Positions 55,000 to 64,000 of a DNA stretch of 64,000 nt are shown piece by piece. The stretch is from assembly GCA_022562055.1 (NCBI GenBank), contig JADFQA010000011.1:11273-75272 (forward strand), written 5' to 3'. The notes under the pieces were generated by a model. It saw only the letters and a program-made list of their open reading frames with translations. It had not been told where the DNA came from and searched no databases. The DNA comes from Acidobacteriota bacterium. GTDB lineage: Bacteria; Actinomycetota; Acidimicrobiia; Spongiisociales; UBA5794. The position numbers and the translations under genes are program-made. Each line of letters starts with the position of its first letter. The stretch's first letter is position 1.

Positions 55000-57024
55000 T
55001 TACCAAATTTCGACGCGAGCGTCACCGGTATTCACGAGCGGGGCGTCCGGCGCTAGTCCGAATGCCGCCGCAAACGGCGGGACATTCGCCAGCGTCCCAT
55101 TGCATCGATAGTTGCCGGGTGAATGCGGGTCCACAGACAAGCGTAGCCGGGTGAACTCGTCTGTGACAGTGTTGCGCCACACTGTGGCGAACGCGAGGAA
55201 AAACCGCTGGTATGGCGTGAACCCGTCTATCTCGCTCCGGTCGCCGTCCGCCAACGCGGTCTCCAGGGCCACAAACGCGACAGAAACGCCGCCTAGATCG
55301 GCGATGTTCTCTCCGAGTGTGAGCTGGCCGTTCACGTTGAGATCGTCAAACACCGGATAGGCGCCATATTGTTTGGCCAGGAGTTCCGCACGATCGTTGA
55401 AACGCTCCCGATCATCGTCCGTCCACCAGTTGCGCAGCTCTCCGGTAGCGTCGAATTTGCTGCCTTGATCGTCGAACCCATGGGTGATTTCGTGACCGAT
55501 AACCGCACCGATGGCGCCGTAGTTAACGGCGTCGTCGAGTTCGGGGTTGAAGAACGGCGGTTGAAGGATGCCGGCAGGAAACACAATCTCGTTCTGGAGC
55601 GGGTGGTAGTAAGCGTTCACTTCGTGCGCACCCATGCTCCACTCGGAGGCTACTGGTGTGCCGAGCTTGGCGAGCTTGCGAACGATTTCGAACCTCCTAG
55701 CGGCCAGGACGTTACCGAGGTACGAGTCGCGGGTAATGTCGAGTCCCGTGTAATCCCGCCATTCATCGGGGAACCCAATCTTTGGTGTCAACCCATTGAG
55801 CTTGACGAGCGCTTCCGAACGGGTTTCGTCTGACATCCACGTACGCGTCGTGATCGATGTCTCCATGGCCTGCATAAGTCTCGCGACCATCAAATCGCAT
55901 CGTGTTTTAGCTGTCGGCGAGAATGCAACGCCTACGTATAGTCGCGAGATCTGGTCGCGGATCGAGACGGTTGCTGTCCCAAGGACCCGTTTCCATCGCT
56001 CTTTCTGTTCTTTCTGTCCGCCGAGAGTTTTCCCGTAGAACTCGAATGAGGTTTCATCGAAGCGCTTGGGGAGATACGCCGCGATCGATGCGACGAGTCG
56101 TATGCGCACGTACGCCCGCAGTGTGTCCAGGGGTGTGACGGCGACCAGGCTGGCCATCGTGTCGAAGAAACTCAGGTTGTCGACGCTCACAGACATCTTT
56201 TCATCCCCCGTGTGTGCTGCCGCGACGGCGGCGACGTCAAAGTCGGGTGTCGCCTCGCTGAGTTTCTCCAACGAGTACGTGTTGAGAGTCTTTTCGACAT
56301 CACGAGCTTCTGTTGCGGTAAGCGATACCTCGGCGAGAGAGGTTTCGAACTGCATGACAGAGGCTGCTTCGTCGTCGTGCTGGCAGGTGGGATCGAGATG
56401 TGACAACATCGTCTGCACGTATCGAACGTAACCTTCCCTGATATCGATTGAGGTGTCGTCTTCTTTGAAGTAGTAGTCGCGTTCTGGCAGCCCAAGGCCA
56501 CCCTCGGAGAGGTACAGCAGATAGCTTTCGGGATGGGCGTAGTCGGCTTGAACTCCCATGTGGAAGAGGCCTCCGAGACCGGCCGCGGCCATGTCCGTGA
56601 TGAGTGAGTGCAGGTCGGTGAGCGAGTTGATGGCGTCAATACGTTTGAGCCAGACCTCGATCGGCTTCAAACTAGCTGCTTCGATGCCTTCGACGTCCAT
56701 GCCGGCAACGTAGAAATCGCCAACCATTCTTTCGACGGGACTCGGCGGAATTCTTGCCGTGGCGGCACTCTCAAGGACTTCATGCAAGATGATCTCGTTG
56801 CGGTCGATTACCTCGTTGAACGCGGCCCACCGGCCGTACGCGGGTGGCACCGGGTTGGCATCGAGCCAACCACCGTTGGCGTATCGGTAGAAATCTGTGC
56901 CTGGGTCGGCGGAGCGGTCAAAGTTCGACTCATGGAGGGGCGGGGTGTCAAGATTCATTGGGTGAGCGTACCGTGGTCCAGCCGTGAGTCGAACGAGACC
57001 CTCGGCCAGTCTCTCCAGAACCAC
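55000..57024 (-). CDS. M13-family zinc metallopeptidase (neprilysin/PepO-like)
   Basis: VIGHEITHGFDDQG (HExxH), GENIADLGG, C-terminal ...VNTGDARVEIW; no obvious signal peptide. Confidence 0.85.
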   Translation of the reverse strand: MVLERLAEGLVRLTAGPRYAHPMNLDTPPLHESNFDRSADPGTDFYRYANGGWLDANPVPPAYGRWAAFNEVIDRNEIILHEVLESAATARIPPSPVERMVGDFYVAGMDVEGIEAASLKPIEVWLKRIDAINSLTDLHSLITDMAAAGLGGLFHMGVQADYAHPESYLLYLSEGGLGLPERDYYFKEDDTSIDIREGYVRYVQTMLSHLDPTCQHDDEAASVMQFETSLAEVSLTATEARDVEKTLNTYSLEKLSEATPDFDVAAVAAAHTGDEKMSVSVDNLSFFDTMASLVAVTPLDTLRAYVRIRLVASIAAYLPKRFDETSFEFYGKTLGGQKEQKERWKRVLGTATVSIRDQISRLYVGVAFSPTAKTRCDLMVARLMQAMETSITTRTWMSDETRSEALVKLNGLTPKIGFPDEWRDYTGLDITRDSYLGNVLAARRFEIVRKLAKLGTPVASEWSMGAHEVNAYYHPLQNEIVFPAGILQPPFFNPELDDAVNYGAIGAVIGHEITHGFDDQGSKFDATGELRNWWTDDDRERFNDRAELLAKQYGAYPVFDDLNVNGQLTLGENIADLGGVSVAFVALETALADGDRSEIDGFTPYQRFFLAFATVWRNTVTDEFTRLRLSVDPHSPGNYRCNGTLANVPPFAAAFGLAPDAPLVNTGDARVEIW

Positions 57025-57075
57025 ACTCAGCGTGGTCTATCCACTACAATGAGTGTGAGGGTACAAGGAGTAGGA

Positions 57076-57372
57076 ATGGAAGATGAGCGTGTATTCACGG
57101 TTCATGAATTTCGCGAGCCACGAATAGTCCCCGGGCAAGCCCCCGTGGACCCAGTCGAGACCTTGCTGGGGTCATTTGCAACGGAAGGCGAAGCAGTCGC
57201 CGTAGGTCGCACCGCATGGGAAGCGTTTCGAGGATCCGAGTCACGCGATGTTGCATGGTGGCTGGTCCGGGCGTCCGGTGAGGAACTTGCGCGGTGGATT
57301 GCCGAGAGCAGGTCAAACGTCGAGCGAGTGTTGGATCTGCGAACGAATACGTTGGTTGAAATAAATCGCTGA
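57076..57372 (+). CDS. small hypothetical protein
   Basis: AAGGAG RBS 6 nt upstream of ATG 57076; 98 aa MEDERVFTVHEFREPRIV... Confidence 0.45.
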   Translation: MEDERVFTVHEFREPRIVPGQAPVDPVETLLGSFATEGEAVAVGRTAWEAFRGSESRDVAWWLVRASGEELARWIAESRSNVERVLDLRTNTLVEINR

Positions 57373-57454
57373 ACAGCGTGCGGATCGGCGGCGCGATGTG
57401 TGCTCGCGCTAAAGTCGTTAGCGACACATCCATTGACTACGGGGAGCACGACAC

Positions 57455-59230
57455 ATGAGCTCGAAATCGATACCCGCCGCCATTTTTCACAACGCGCAAA
57501 CGCGTCCGGATAAACCCGCCTATTTCGTGAAGCAGGCTGGCGCGTGGCAGCCGACGTCGTTTGCCACATACGCTGGCGAGGTTCGCAGCGCCGCAAAGTC
57601 ATTGCATGCGTTGGGGATCTCGAAGGGTCAGACCGTCAACATCCTCGGGTTCAACCGGCCCGAGTGGATCATTGCCGACGTCGCGGCGATGTGCCTGGGT
57701 GCGGTCGCTGCCGGCATCTACACAACAAACTCTCCTGCTGAGTGCAAGTACATCATCTCGCATTCTGAAAGTCCGGTCATCTTTCTTGAGGACGTCGGGC
57801 AGTGGGAGAAGGTCAACGCAGTGCGCGACGATCTTCCCGATCTCAACAAGGTAGTCATGATGAAGGGCGCCGGTTCTATCAATGATGACCTGGTGTTGTC
57901 GTGGGAAGAGTTCATGGCGTTGGGGGAAGATGTCGAGGACAGTGTTGTTTCTGACGGAATCGCTGCTCTGCAGCCAGGAGATTTGGCGACGCTGATTTAC
58001 ACGTCAGGGACGACTGGTCCGCCGAAGGGTGTGATGCTCTCGGTAGACAACCTCTATTTTACCGCATCACGAGCCGTCAAGCTGTTCGACCTCAACGACT
58101 CAGACGTGGGAATCTCGTATCTTCCGCTGTCGCACATTGCCGAGCAGACCTTCAGCATTCACGGCCCGACGCTGGCGGGCTGGCCTGTGTACTTTGCGGA
58201 ATCGATCGAAGCGCTTCCCGGCAACCTCACCGAGGTACGGCCAACGGTGTTCTTTGCCGTCCCACGCGTGTGGGAGCGTTTCCATGCGGCGGTGTCGGCA
58301 AAACTATCCGAGGCCACAGGCATCAAGGCGAAACTTGCCGCGTGGGCTCTCGGCGTCGGTTCCCAGGTGTCCCATCTGAAGCTTGCCGGCAAGAAACCGT
58401 CGGGGTTACTGGCTTTGCAGTATGCGGTTGCCGAAAAGCTCGTGCTTAGCAAGGTAAAAGGCGCGCTCGGCCTCGACCGGGTGAAGTTCGCCGCCGTGGG
58501 GGCGGCGCCAATCTCTGTCGAGGTTCTCGAATTCATTGCATCGCTCGACATCGTGGTCTGGGAGATTTACGGCCAGTCCGAAGACACTGGCCCGACCACC
58601 ACAAACTATGTGGGCAAGGCGAAGTTCGGCACAGTCGGGGCCCCGTTTCCGGAGACCGAAGTGAAAATCGCCGCGGATGGGGAGATTCTTGTCAAGGGAC
58701 GCCACGTCTTCATGGGGTACTTCAAGGCGCCAGAGGCAACCGCAGAGACGCTCATCGACGGTTGGCTCCAGTCGGGAGACCTTGGATCGTTCGACAGCGA
58801 TGGACTCTTGTCGATAACCGGGCGGAAGAAGGACGTCATCATCACCGCGGGAGGCAAGAACGTTGCACCGGCGGCGTTTGAGTCGGCGATGAAGGATCAT
58901 CCGTTGGTGTCCGAAGCCATCCTGATTGGCGACAGACGCAAATTCTTGTCCGCCTTGGTGACCGTCGACGAGGAGGCCGCTGCAGCTTTTATGGAAAAGC
59001 ACGGGCTGAGTGGCCCGGCGCACAGCTCCCCCGAAGTGCATGCATCCATTCAAGAGAAGGTTGACGCGGTCAACGAGAAGTTTGCTCGGGTTGAGCAGAT
59101 CAAGAAGTTCGTGATCCTCAGCCGTCAGCTTTCGATCGAGGGCGGCGAGCTGACTCCCACGCTCAAAGTGAAGCGAAACAAAGTCACCGAACACTTCGCC
59201 AACGAGATCGAGGAAATGTATGCCGGCTAG
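57455..59230 (+). CDS. long-chain fatty-acid--CoA ligase (AMP-binding, FadD-type)
   Basis: GGGGAG RBS; YTSGTTGPPKG AMP-binding motif, GWLQSGDLG, KKDVIITAGGKNV; 591 aa. Confidence 0.85.
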   Translation: MSSKSIPAAIFHNAQTRPDKPAYFVKQAGAWQPTSFATYAGEVRSAAKSLHALGISKGQTVNILGFNRPEWIIADVAAMCLGAVAAGIYTTNSPAECKYIISHSESPVIFLEDVGQWEKVNAVRDDLPDLNKVVMMKGAGSINDDLVLSWEEFMALGEDVEDSVVSDGIAALQPGDLATLIYTSGTTGPPKGVMLSVDNLYFTASRAVKLFDLNDSDVGISYLPLSHIAEQTFSIHGPTLAGWPVYFAESIEALPGNLTEVRPTVFFAVPRVWERFHAAVSAKLSEATGIKAKLAAWALGVGSQVSHLKLAGKKPSGLLALQYAVAEKLVLSKVKGALGLDRVKFAAVGAAPISVEVLEFIASLDIVVWEIYGQSEDTGPTTTNYVGKAKFGTVGAPFPETEVKIAADGEILVKGRHVFMGYFKAPEATAETLIDGWLQSGDLGSFDSDGLLSITGRKKDVIITAGGKNVAPAAFESAMKDHPLVSEAILIGDRRKFLSALVTVDEEAAAAFMEKHGLSGPAHSSPEVHASIQEKVDAVNEKFARVEQIKKFVILSRQLSIEGGELTPTLKVKRNKVTEHFANEIEEMYAG

Positions 59231-59311
59231 CGACTGGTTGCACCCGCCAATCGCTGTACACCGTTGTCGACCGTCGGGACGGCTACAGCGCTTCGGTATC
59301 ATGTCGCCACC

Positions 59312-59926
59312 ATGAGTACCTCACCCGAGACCGTCATCGAAATCACCGACGAAGCAATGGAGCAAATCCTTGCGCTGCGCGACCAGGAGGCAATTCCCGG
59401 TCTCGCCCTTGGAATCCGTATTTCGGGGGTGGGTTCACAAGGATTCATCTATGAGACCTCGTTCCTCAGGCCCGAAGATGTCAATGCTGATGACCACATA
59501 GAACAGCACTCGTCTATGCCCGTGGCGATCCCACAGGACAGCGTTGAGCGGTTGCAGGGTGCGGTCCTCGATCTCACCCCGGACAGCGGTGGGCTCGTTC
59601 TGCGAAACCCGAACCCGGCAACACCGCCACTGGGTGATCCGAATGAGGAGATCGAACTCGTCGGATCGGTGGACGAGCGGATTCGTACGCTCCTCGAGAA
59701 GCGCATCAACCCTGCAATCGCTAGCCACGGAGGGATCGCGACGCTCGTCAGGGTCGAGGAACCTATTGCGTATCTGGAACTCGGCGGCGGTTGCCAAGGA
59801 TGCGGTCTGGCAGCCGTGACTTTGAGGCAGGGGATCGAGACGACCATCAAGGACAAGATCCCCGAAATCGACGAAGTCGTCGACGTAACCGACCACGAAC
59901 TCGGCGAGAACCCCTTCTACGTGTAG
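59312..59926 (+). CDS. NfuA-like Fe-S cluster carrier (HesB/IscA-like N-domain + NifU-C domain)
   Basis: start at MSTSPETVIEITDEAMEQI (A-type-like) ; C-terminal Nfu domain INPAIASHGGIATLV...GGGCQGC (CxxC). Confidence 0.7.
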   Translation: MSTSPETVIEITDEAMEQILALRDQEAIPGLALGIRISGVGSQGFIYETSFLRPEDVNADDHIEQHSSMPVAIPQDSVERLQGAVLDLTPDSGGLVLRNPNPATPPLGDPNEEIELVGSVDERIRTLLEKRINPAIASHGGIATLVRVEEPIAYLELGGGCQGCGLAAVTLRQGIETTIKDKIPEIDEVVDVTDHELGENPFYV

Positions 59927-60117
59927 GGAGTCCGCCCGGGTAGCTAGCAATACGACCGGCGCGGTGGTGGTCGACGACCGTGAACAGGTGGTTGTCCGTG
60001 CGAGCGAACTCCCCGCAGGCGGCTACTCAGTCATTTCATTGAGCGACTGCGAAGGCTTCGAACGAGTTCGCGGCAACTAAATGGCTTGTGATGGTGCTTC
60101 TTGGTGTGTGTTGATAT

Positions 60118-60151
60118 GAAGAAGGCCACCCGGCGCAGGGTGGCCTTCTTC
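60118..60151. terminator. perfect 14-bp-stem hairpin GAAGAAGGCCACCC-ggcgca-GGGTGGCCTTCTTC in convergent intergenic region (nfuA-like / DivIVA-domain gene)
   Basis: read directly; candidate bidirectional terminator. Confidence 0.55.
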
Positions 60152-60234
60152 GCTGGGAGGGGTTGACGGGAGTGGAACGTCCTGCGCAGCCGTGCGCGTC
60201 ATGGCCGATGGTAAGGCGCCCACTCCCGCCAAGC

Positions 60235-61680
60235 CTACGCGGGTTGCTTTGCGCGGCCCTCGTCGGCCCCTCGACCTTGCGCACCGGCTGATTTCGCGGT
60301 TTTCCGCATTGCGTTGATTGCGGCGATGGTGCTTGAAGCAGCCTCGGGACCGATACGAGGGAGTTTGGCGGAGCGTCGTGCGTAGAACGAACCACGTTGT
60401 GGTCGCCCGTTGCTCTCCATCTCTTTGCCCTCGTCCGTTTCGGCGACGGTCTCAAGATCGGACTCGGCCCGTGCAACGGAGTCGACCTCTTTGGTGTCAT
60501 CGTCGGTCGAATCATCGTTGTGCAACGCGACGAGCGCCGCTAGCTGGTCAGGATCAGTGCTGTCCTCGCTGCTGGCGGCTTCGACAACCGCGTCCGCGGT
60601 CGAAACATCATCCGCTGGAGTGCTCGTCGGTTCTGCGGATGGCACCGAGCCAACCTCATGCGCGAGCGTTTCCTCGGCCGTATCCGCAGCGTGACCCTCG
60701 CGTGTTGGGCCGGAGATTGTCTGCTCCGATTCCGCGCTGTCGCTCGTAGGTACGGAAGTCTCTGGGAGCGGTTCTTCTCCCGCGTGCGCTGCGGAAGTAA
60801 CGATATCCGCGGCTGGAGTGGCGTCTGGGTCTGGTCGGGTGCGGGCGGTAGCACCGATCATCGCTTCAAGTTCGCTTGCGGGCAGGGTGACCGCCATTGT
60901 CGTGGACAGGGAACGGATCTCGTCGAGCGCCCCAGCGGCGATCGCCGTCAGTTGCGCTTCGAGAGCAGCGGTCGCTTTCTTCAGTTGTGTCGCTCGCGAG
61001 GCGGTTGACTGCACCACCCGATCGTACTCCGAGCGGAGCAATTCAAGCTCTACATCGCGTGACGCCAGAGCTTCGACGGTCTCAGCCTTCACGCGCTCGA
61101 GGAGCGTGATTGCTTCGTCACGCGCAGTTCGCAGGATCTGCTCGGCTTCGGCATTGGCCGTTTCGGTAGTGGACGCCGCGGCTTCCCACGCCGCTGCTTT
61201 GGTAGCGTCCGCCTCAGTCTGAGCTTCGCCGATGATTGCGTCGACACCGTTTGTGGCGCTTGCGGCCTTCTGCTCGGCCTCTGCGATGATCGTTTCCGCC
61301 ATATGGGTAGCGTTAGATGTTGCCGTTTCGGCGTCGGTTCGTGAGATGGCCAGGAGTTCCATGGCTTCACGCTTGGCACCATCAAGGATCTTGGCCGCTT
61401 CTGTGTCCGCTTCCTCTTTTGCTGTGGCGACAGCCTCTTCGGCGGAAGCAAGGAGTTCGTCCTTAGTCTTGGTCGCGGCAACCAGCGTAAGATGAATTGC
61501 CTCTTCCTGCTCTTTGGCGGCAGCGACGGAGGCACCGAGTTCGACAAGGCGCAGAGCCTGTTCATCGTGGCTGTTGGCCAGTTTACGAACCTGGGAATCA
61601 AGGAACTCGTCAACCTGAGCGGTGTCGTAGCCCTTTCTTCCGATGGTGAATTCGACCTTGAGGTCCGAAAAAGCTCCCAT
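60235..61680 (-). CDS. DivIVA-domain protein with long Ala/Glu-rich coiled-coil and acidic disordered C-terminal region
   Basis: start at MGAFSDLKVEFTIGRKGYDTAQVDEFLD (DivIVA N-domain); 481 aa. Confidence 0.75.
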   Translation of the reverse strand: MGAFSDLKVEFTIGRKGYDTAQVDEFLDSQVRKLANSHDEQALRLVELGASVAAAKEQEEAIHLTLVAATKTKDELLASAEEAVATAKEEADTEAAKILDGAKREAMELLAISRTDAETATSNATHMAETIIAEAEQKAASATNGVDAIIGEAQTEADATKAAAWEAAASTTETANAEAEQILRTARDEAITLLERVKAETVEALASRDVELELLRSEYDRVVQSTASRATQLKKATAALEAQLTAIAAGALDEIRSLSTTMAVTLPASELEAMIGATARTRPDPDATPAADIVTSAAHAGEEPLPETSVPTSDSAESEQTISGPTREGHAADTAEETLAHEVGSVPSAEPTSTPADDVSTADAVVEAASSEDSTDPDQLAALVALHNDDSTDDDTKEVDSVARAESDLETVAETDEGKEMESNGRPQRGSFYARRSAKLPRIGPEAASSTIAAINAMRKTAKSAGAQGRGADEGRAKQPA

Positions 61681-61823
61681 GAATGTCAACCTTTGTGCGC
61701 CGTGTTGACCTTCCACCATCCATTCTGTGCCCACAGTGAGTATACGGGCAACCGCGTTGGGTAGTCAACCTAGTTATTTCAGACCCCTTCGGCTGGTCAC
61801 GAAAACTATGGCGCGGGCCGTGT

Positions 61824-64000
61824 CTAGCCCGGGGTGGTCGCGAGCTCAGCTACCTGGTCGCACAGCAGACGCATGGTTGCCACGAATTCGAGCCGGTTGG
61901 AGATGCTGGTTGGGGAACCCTCCAAGAGGTTTCGGTATTTGGCGAGCGAGAGGGCGGATTCGAACAAAGGGTTACTAACAGATTCCGGGCTGGCAATTGC
62001 TTGCTGACGCAGATACTGACCACCGAGGCTCATGGCATCCTTCTTGATCGTCTTCTCGTCGAGTTGCGAGACGTATGTATCGCGTTCGATGACCTCAGCG
62101 ATGATTCGGTACGATTCGAAGAAAGGCCGGAGAACCAGCGGGGCCATCTTCGGATCGAATCCGTGGAGCAAAGCGCCGACATCGCCCGACTTGAGCAAAG
62201 ATCTCCATGAGCTATTGCGACGCAACAGCTCATGGCGGACTTCGCCGACAAACGCGTCTATGGCGGGGAAGAAGAACTCAAACTTCAAGAGGTCGCGAAG
62301 TTCAAGCGCCTCGTCGAAAACGGACCGCGCTGCATCTGGATCGGTGCGCACTCGAACAAGAGCGAGTTCTGTGATGGCCGTGGTCACGAAGAAGTGGATG
62401 ATGGTGTTCCGGTAGTACGACGCAGCTAGATGTTGACGGTGGGCGATTGAGTAGATCGGTTCGTCGACGCCATCGAACTCCTCGACGATCCCGTGTGTGA
62501 TGAGAGAATTGAGCGATTTACGGATCTGCTCATCGGCTTGGAAGTCGAGCGGTTCGGTCGTTGGCAGCGAGCGCACCGCGACAAACGTCGCAATCGGTTG
62601 CAGCATGTTCTGGAGGTCTGCAAAGTTCATCGCTGAGCCATCGCCCGAAAGCAACACCATCGACACCAGAGAGATGGGTGTGATCGGAGTGACCTCGTTA
62701 ATCCTGGTCGAGACTTCAAATGCGAGCTTTGGGATTACGGTGGAACGGGGATCGTCGGCCTCCTCGTCGATACCAACACTCGCGAGGAACTCGGCTAGCT
62801 GGATCGGGGCGCCAAACCGCACATAGATGCGTCCGTAACTATCGCTCAAATCCTTGCTGAGCTGACGAAACAGCCAGCCGGCTCCTTCGCTCTGCTTCGT
62901 GCCGCCGCTGGCTTCGGCGACGTGTGCGCTGACGTCTTGGATCTGGTCATACGCGATCGACACGGGGATGAACATTACGTCCTCGCATGCCCCGCGCTCG
63001 TACGCCTCGACAACATAGGACAACATCCCGTAGCGGGGAGGCCTGAGCTTGCCGGTGCGAGATCTGCCACCTTCGATGTACCACTCGAGCGAGAATCGGC
63101 GAGACAGGAGGTAATCGAGATAGCGGCGAAGAGCGAATTTGTATGGGGCGTTGTTCTTGAAGTCGCGCCGGATGAAAAACGCCCCGGTGCGCCTCAAGAA
63201 TGGCCCAATCGGAAAAAAGTTCATGTTGATCCCCGCAGCGGTGTGGGTCTGGGGCAATCCGTTCTCATAGAACAAGTGCTGGAGAGTGAGGTGATCAAAG
63301 TTCGATTTGTGCGACGGGAGGAACACCAGTGGGACTGTCTCTGACATGCGACAGACTGCAGCGAGTTCGTCGCTGTCATAGTCAATGTCAACATACGCCT
63401 TGGAGACGAGCCATTTGATAGCACTTGCGACGAGGTCAATCGTCCACCACCGATGACGTGCCGCGATCTCGTTGATGTACCGGCCCGTGCGCGCAGCCAT
63501 CACCTCGTATGAGACGTCCGCGTCCTGAGCGAGTTCGGCGACACCTTTCGTGAACTGGTTCGACGCAACGATGTCGTCCTTGACGAACTTGGCAACCTTG
63601 TACCTTGAACCACGAAGATGGCGTTCGGCGCGCTCTAGATCGAGCCAGGCTTTCCCGGCGACATGTGAGGCAAAAGCGGTTCCATCGTCGCGGCCACCTG
63701 AAAGCGCCTTCTCCCAACCGTTGCGGAGTACCGAGGCGTGCGTCGCGGTGCCGATGAGGATCCTCACCCTGTCGGGATGGCGATAGTACAGGTACACCTG
63801 CCGGAGCACGTTCGGATCACGGGGGTCCCCCAGGGCGAGCAACTCACGCAGGCGTGCAACGCGTAACCCGTTCCTTTTCTTCGAGGGCAACCACGCGATC
63901 CGAAGCGGGATCAGCAATGGGTCGGAGTCTGTGTCGAGGAATGCTCCGAGACGGGGATCGGACTTGCCTGCTCGGCGCCGTCGGCGGCGTGTCGTCGGGA
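61824..64000 (-). CDS. plsB: glycerol-3-phosphate acyltransferase PlsB (partial; N-terminus beyond window end)
   Basis: VFLPSHKSNFDHL (HX4D acyltransferase motif), FFIRRDF, EGGRSRTGK blocks; reading frame stays open past 64000. Confidence 0.8.
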   Translation of the reverse strand, partial: PTTRRRRRRAGKSDPRLGAFLDTDSDPLLIPLRIAWLPSKKRNGLRVARLRELLALGDPRDPNVLRQVYLYYRHPDRVRILIGTATHASVLRNGWEKALSGGRDDGTAFASHVAGKAWLDLERAERHLRGSRYKVAKFVKDDIVASNQFTKGVAELAQDADVSYEVMAARTGRYINEIAARHRWWTIDLVASAIKWLVSKAYVDIDYDSDELAAVCRMSETVPLVFLPSHKSNFDHLTLQHLFYENGLPQTHTAAGINMNFFPIGPFLRRTGAFFIRRDFKNNAPYKFALRRYLDYLLSRRFSLEWYIEGGRSRTGKLRPPRYGMLSYVVEAYERGACEDVMFIPVSIAYDQIQDVSAHVAEASGGTKQSEGAGWLFRQLSKDLSDSYGRIYVRFGAPIQLAEFLASVGIDEEADDPRSTVIPKLAFEVSTRINEVTPITPISLVSMVLLSGDGSAMNFADLQNMLQPIATFVAVRSLPTTEPLDFQADEQIRKSLNSLITHGIVEEFDGVDEPIYSIAHRQHLAASYYRNTIIHFFVTTAITELALVRVRTDPDAARSVFDEALELRDLLKFEFFFPAIDAFVGEVRHELLRRNSSWRSLLKSGDVGALLHGFDPKMAPLVLRPFFESYRIIAEVIERDTYVSQLDEKTIKKDAMSLGGQYLRQQAIASPESVSNPLFESALSLAKYRNLLEGSPTSISNRLEFVATMRLLCDQVAELATTPG

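Noticed and set aside
60040-60100. LexA-like half sites (cTTCGAACgagtTCGcgg) near the convergent terminator
   Set aside because: The second half does not match GTTCGA. Located between convergent gene ends, not at a promoter.

Overview
This is a high-GC (about 60%) actinobacterial chromosomal segment made up mostly of conserved housekeeping genes. Many adjacent genes show 4-bp ATGA/GTGA start-stop overlaps.

Genes by function:
- Biosynthesis: aroQ, dapB, dapA, thrC, dxs, dapF, dut.
- RNA metabolism and tRNA/rRNA modification: RNase J, RNase Y, rimO, miaB, miaA, arfB, and a tRNA-Gly/Cys/Val cluster.
- Cell division and DNA: ftsK, recA, lexA, nrdR, cinA, thpR.
- Other: a two-component system, several lipoproteins and hydrolases, M16 and M13 peptidases, an acyl-CoA ligase, an NfuA-like Fe-S protein, a DivIVA-domain protein, and the 3' end of plsB.

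Regulatory signals visible in the sequence: Mycobacterium-type LexA boxes (TCGAAC-N4-GTTCGA) sit at lexA/LysM-protein, at recA and at a REP13E12-type DUF222/HNH gene. recA also carries a PafBC/RecA-NDp-like motif. Several promoters look leaderless.

Main observations:
- A VWA-protein plus AAA_5-ATPase gene pair (CobT/CobS- or NorD/NorQ-like) in reversed order, with degenerate Walker A and B motifs in the ATPase, an HExxH motif in the VWA protein's N-terminal region, and a downstream yajQ.
- Three clear pseudogenes: an Lhr helicase reduced to about 0.8 kb, a frameshifted doc toxin divergent from an RHH protein, and a multiply disrupted pabB-pabC fusion.
- An orphan PD-(D/E)xK protein in a lower-GC patch.
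- Tandem duplications that copy gene 3' ends at the ftsK promoter and at the lexA stop.
- An ~820-bp gene-free gap.
- A SOS-box-bearing REP13E12 element.

No rRNA, CRISPR array or complete IS element was found.
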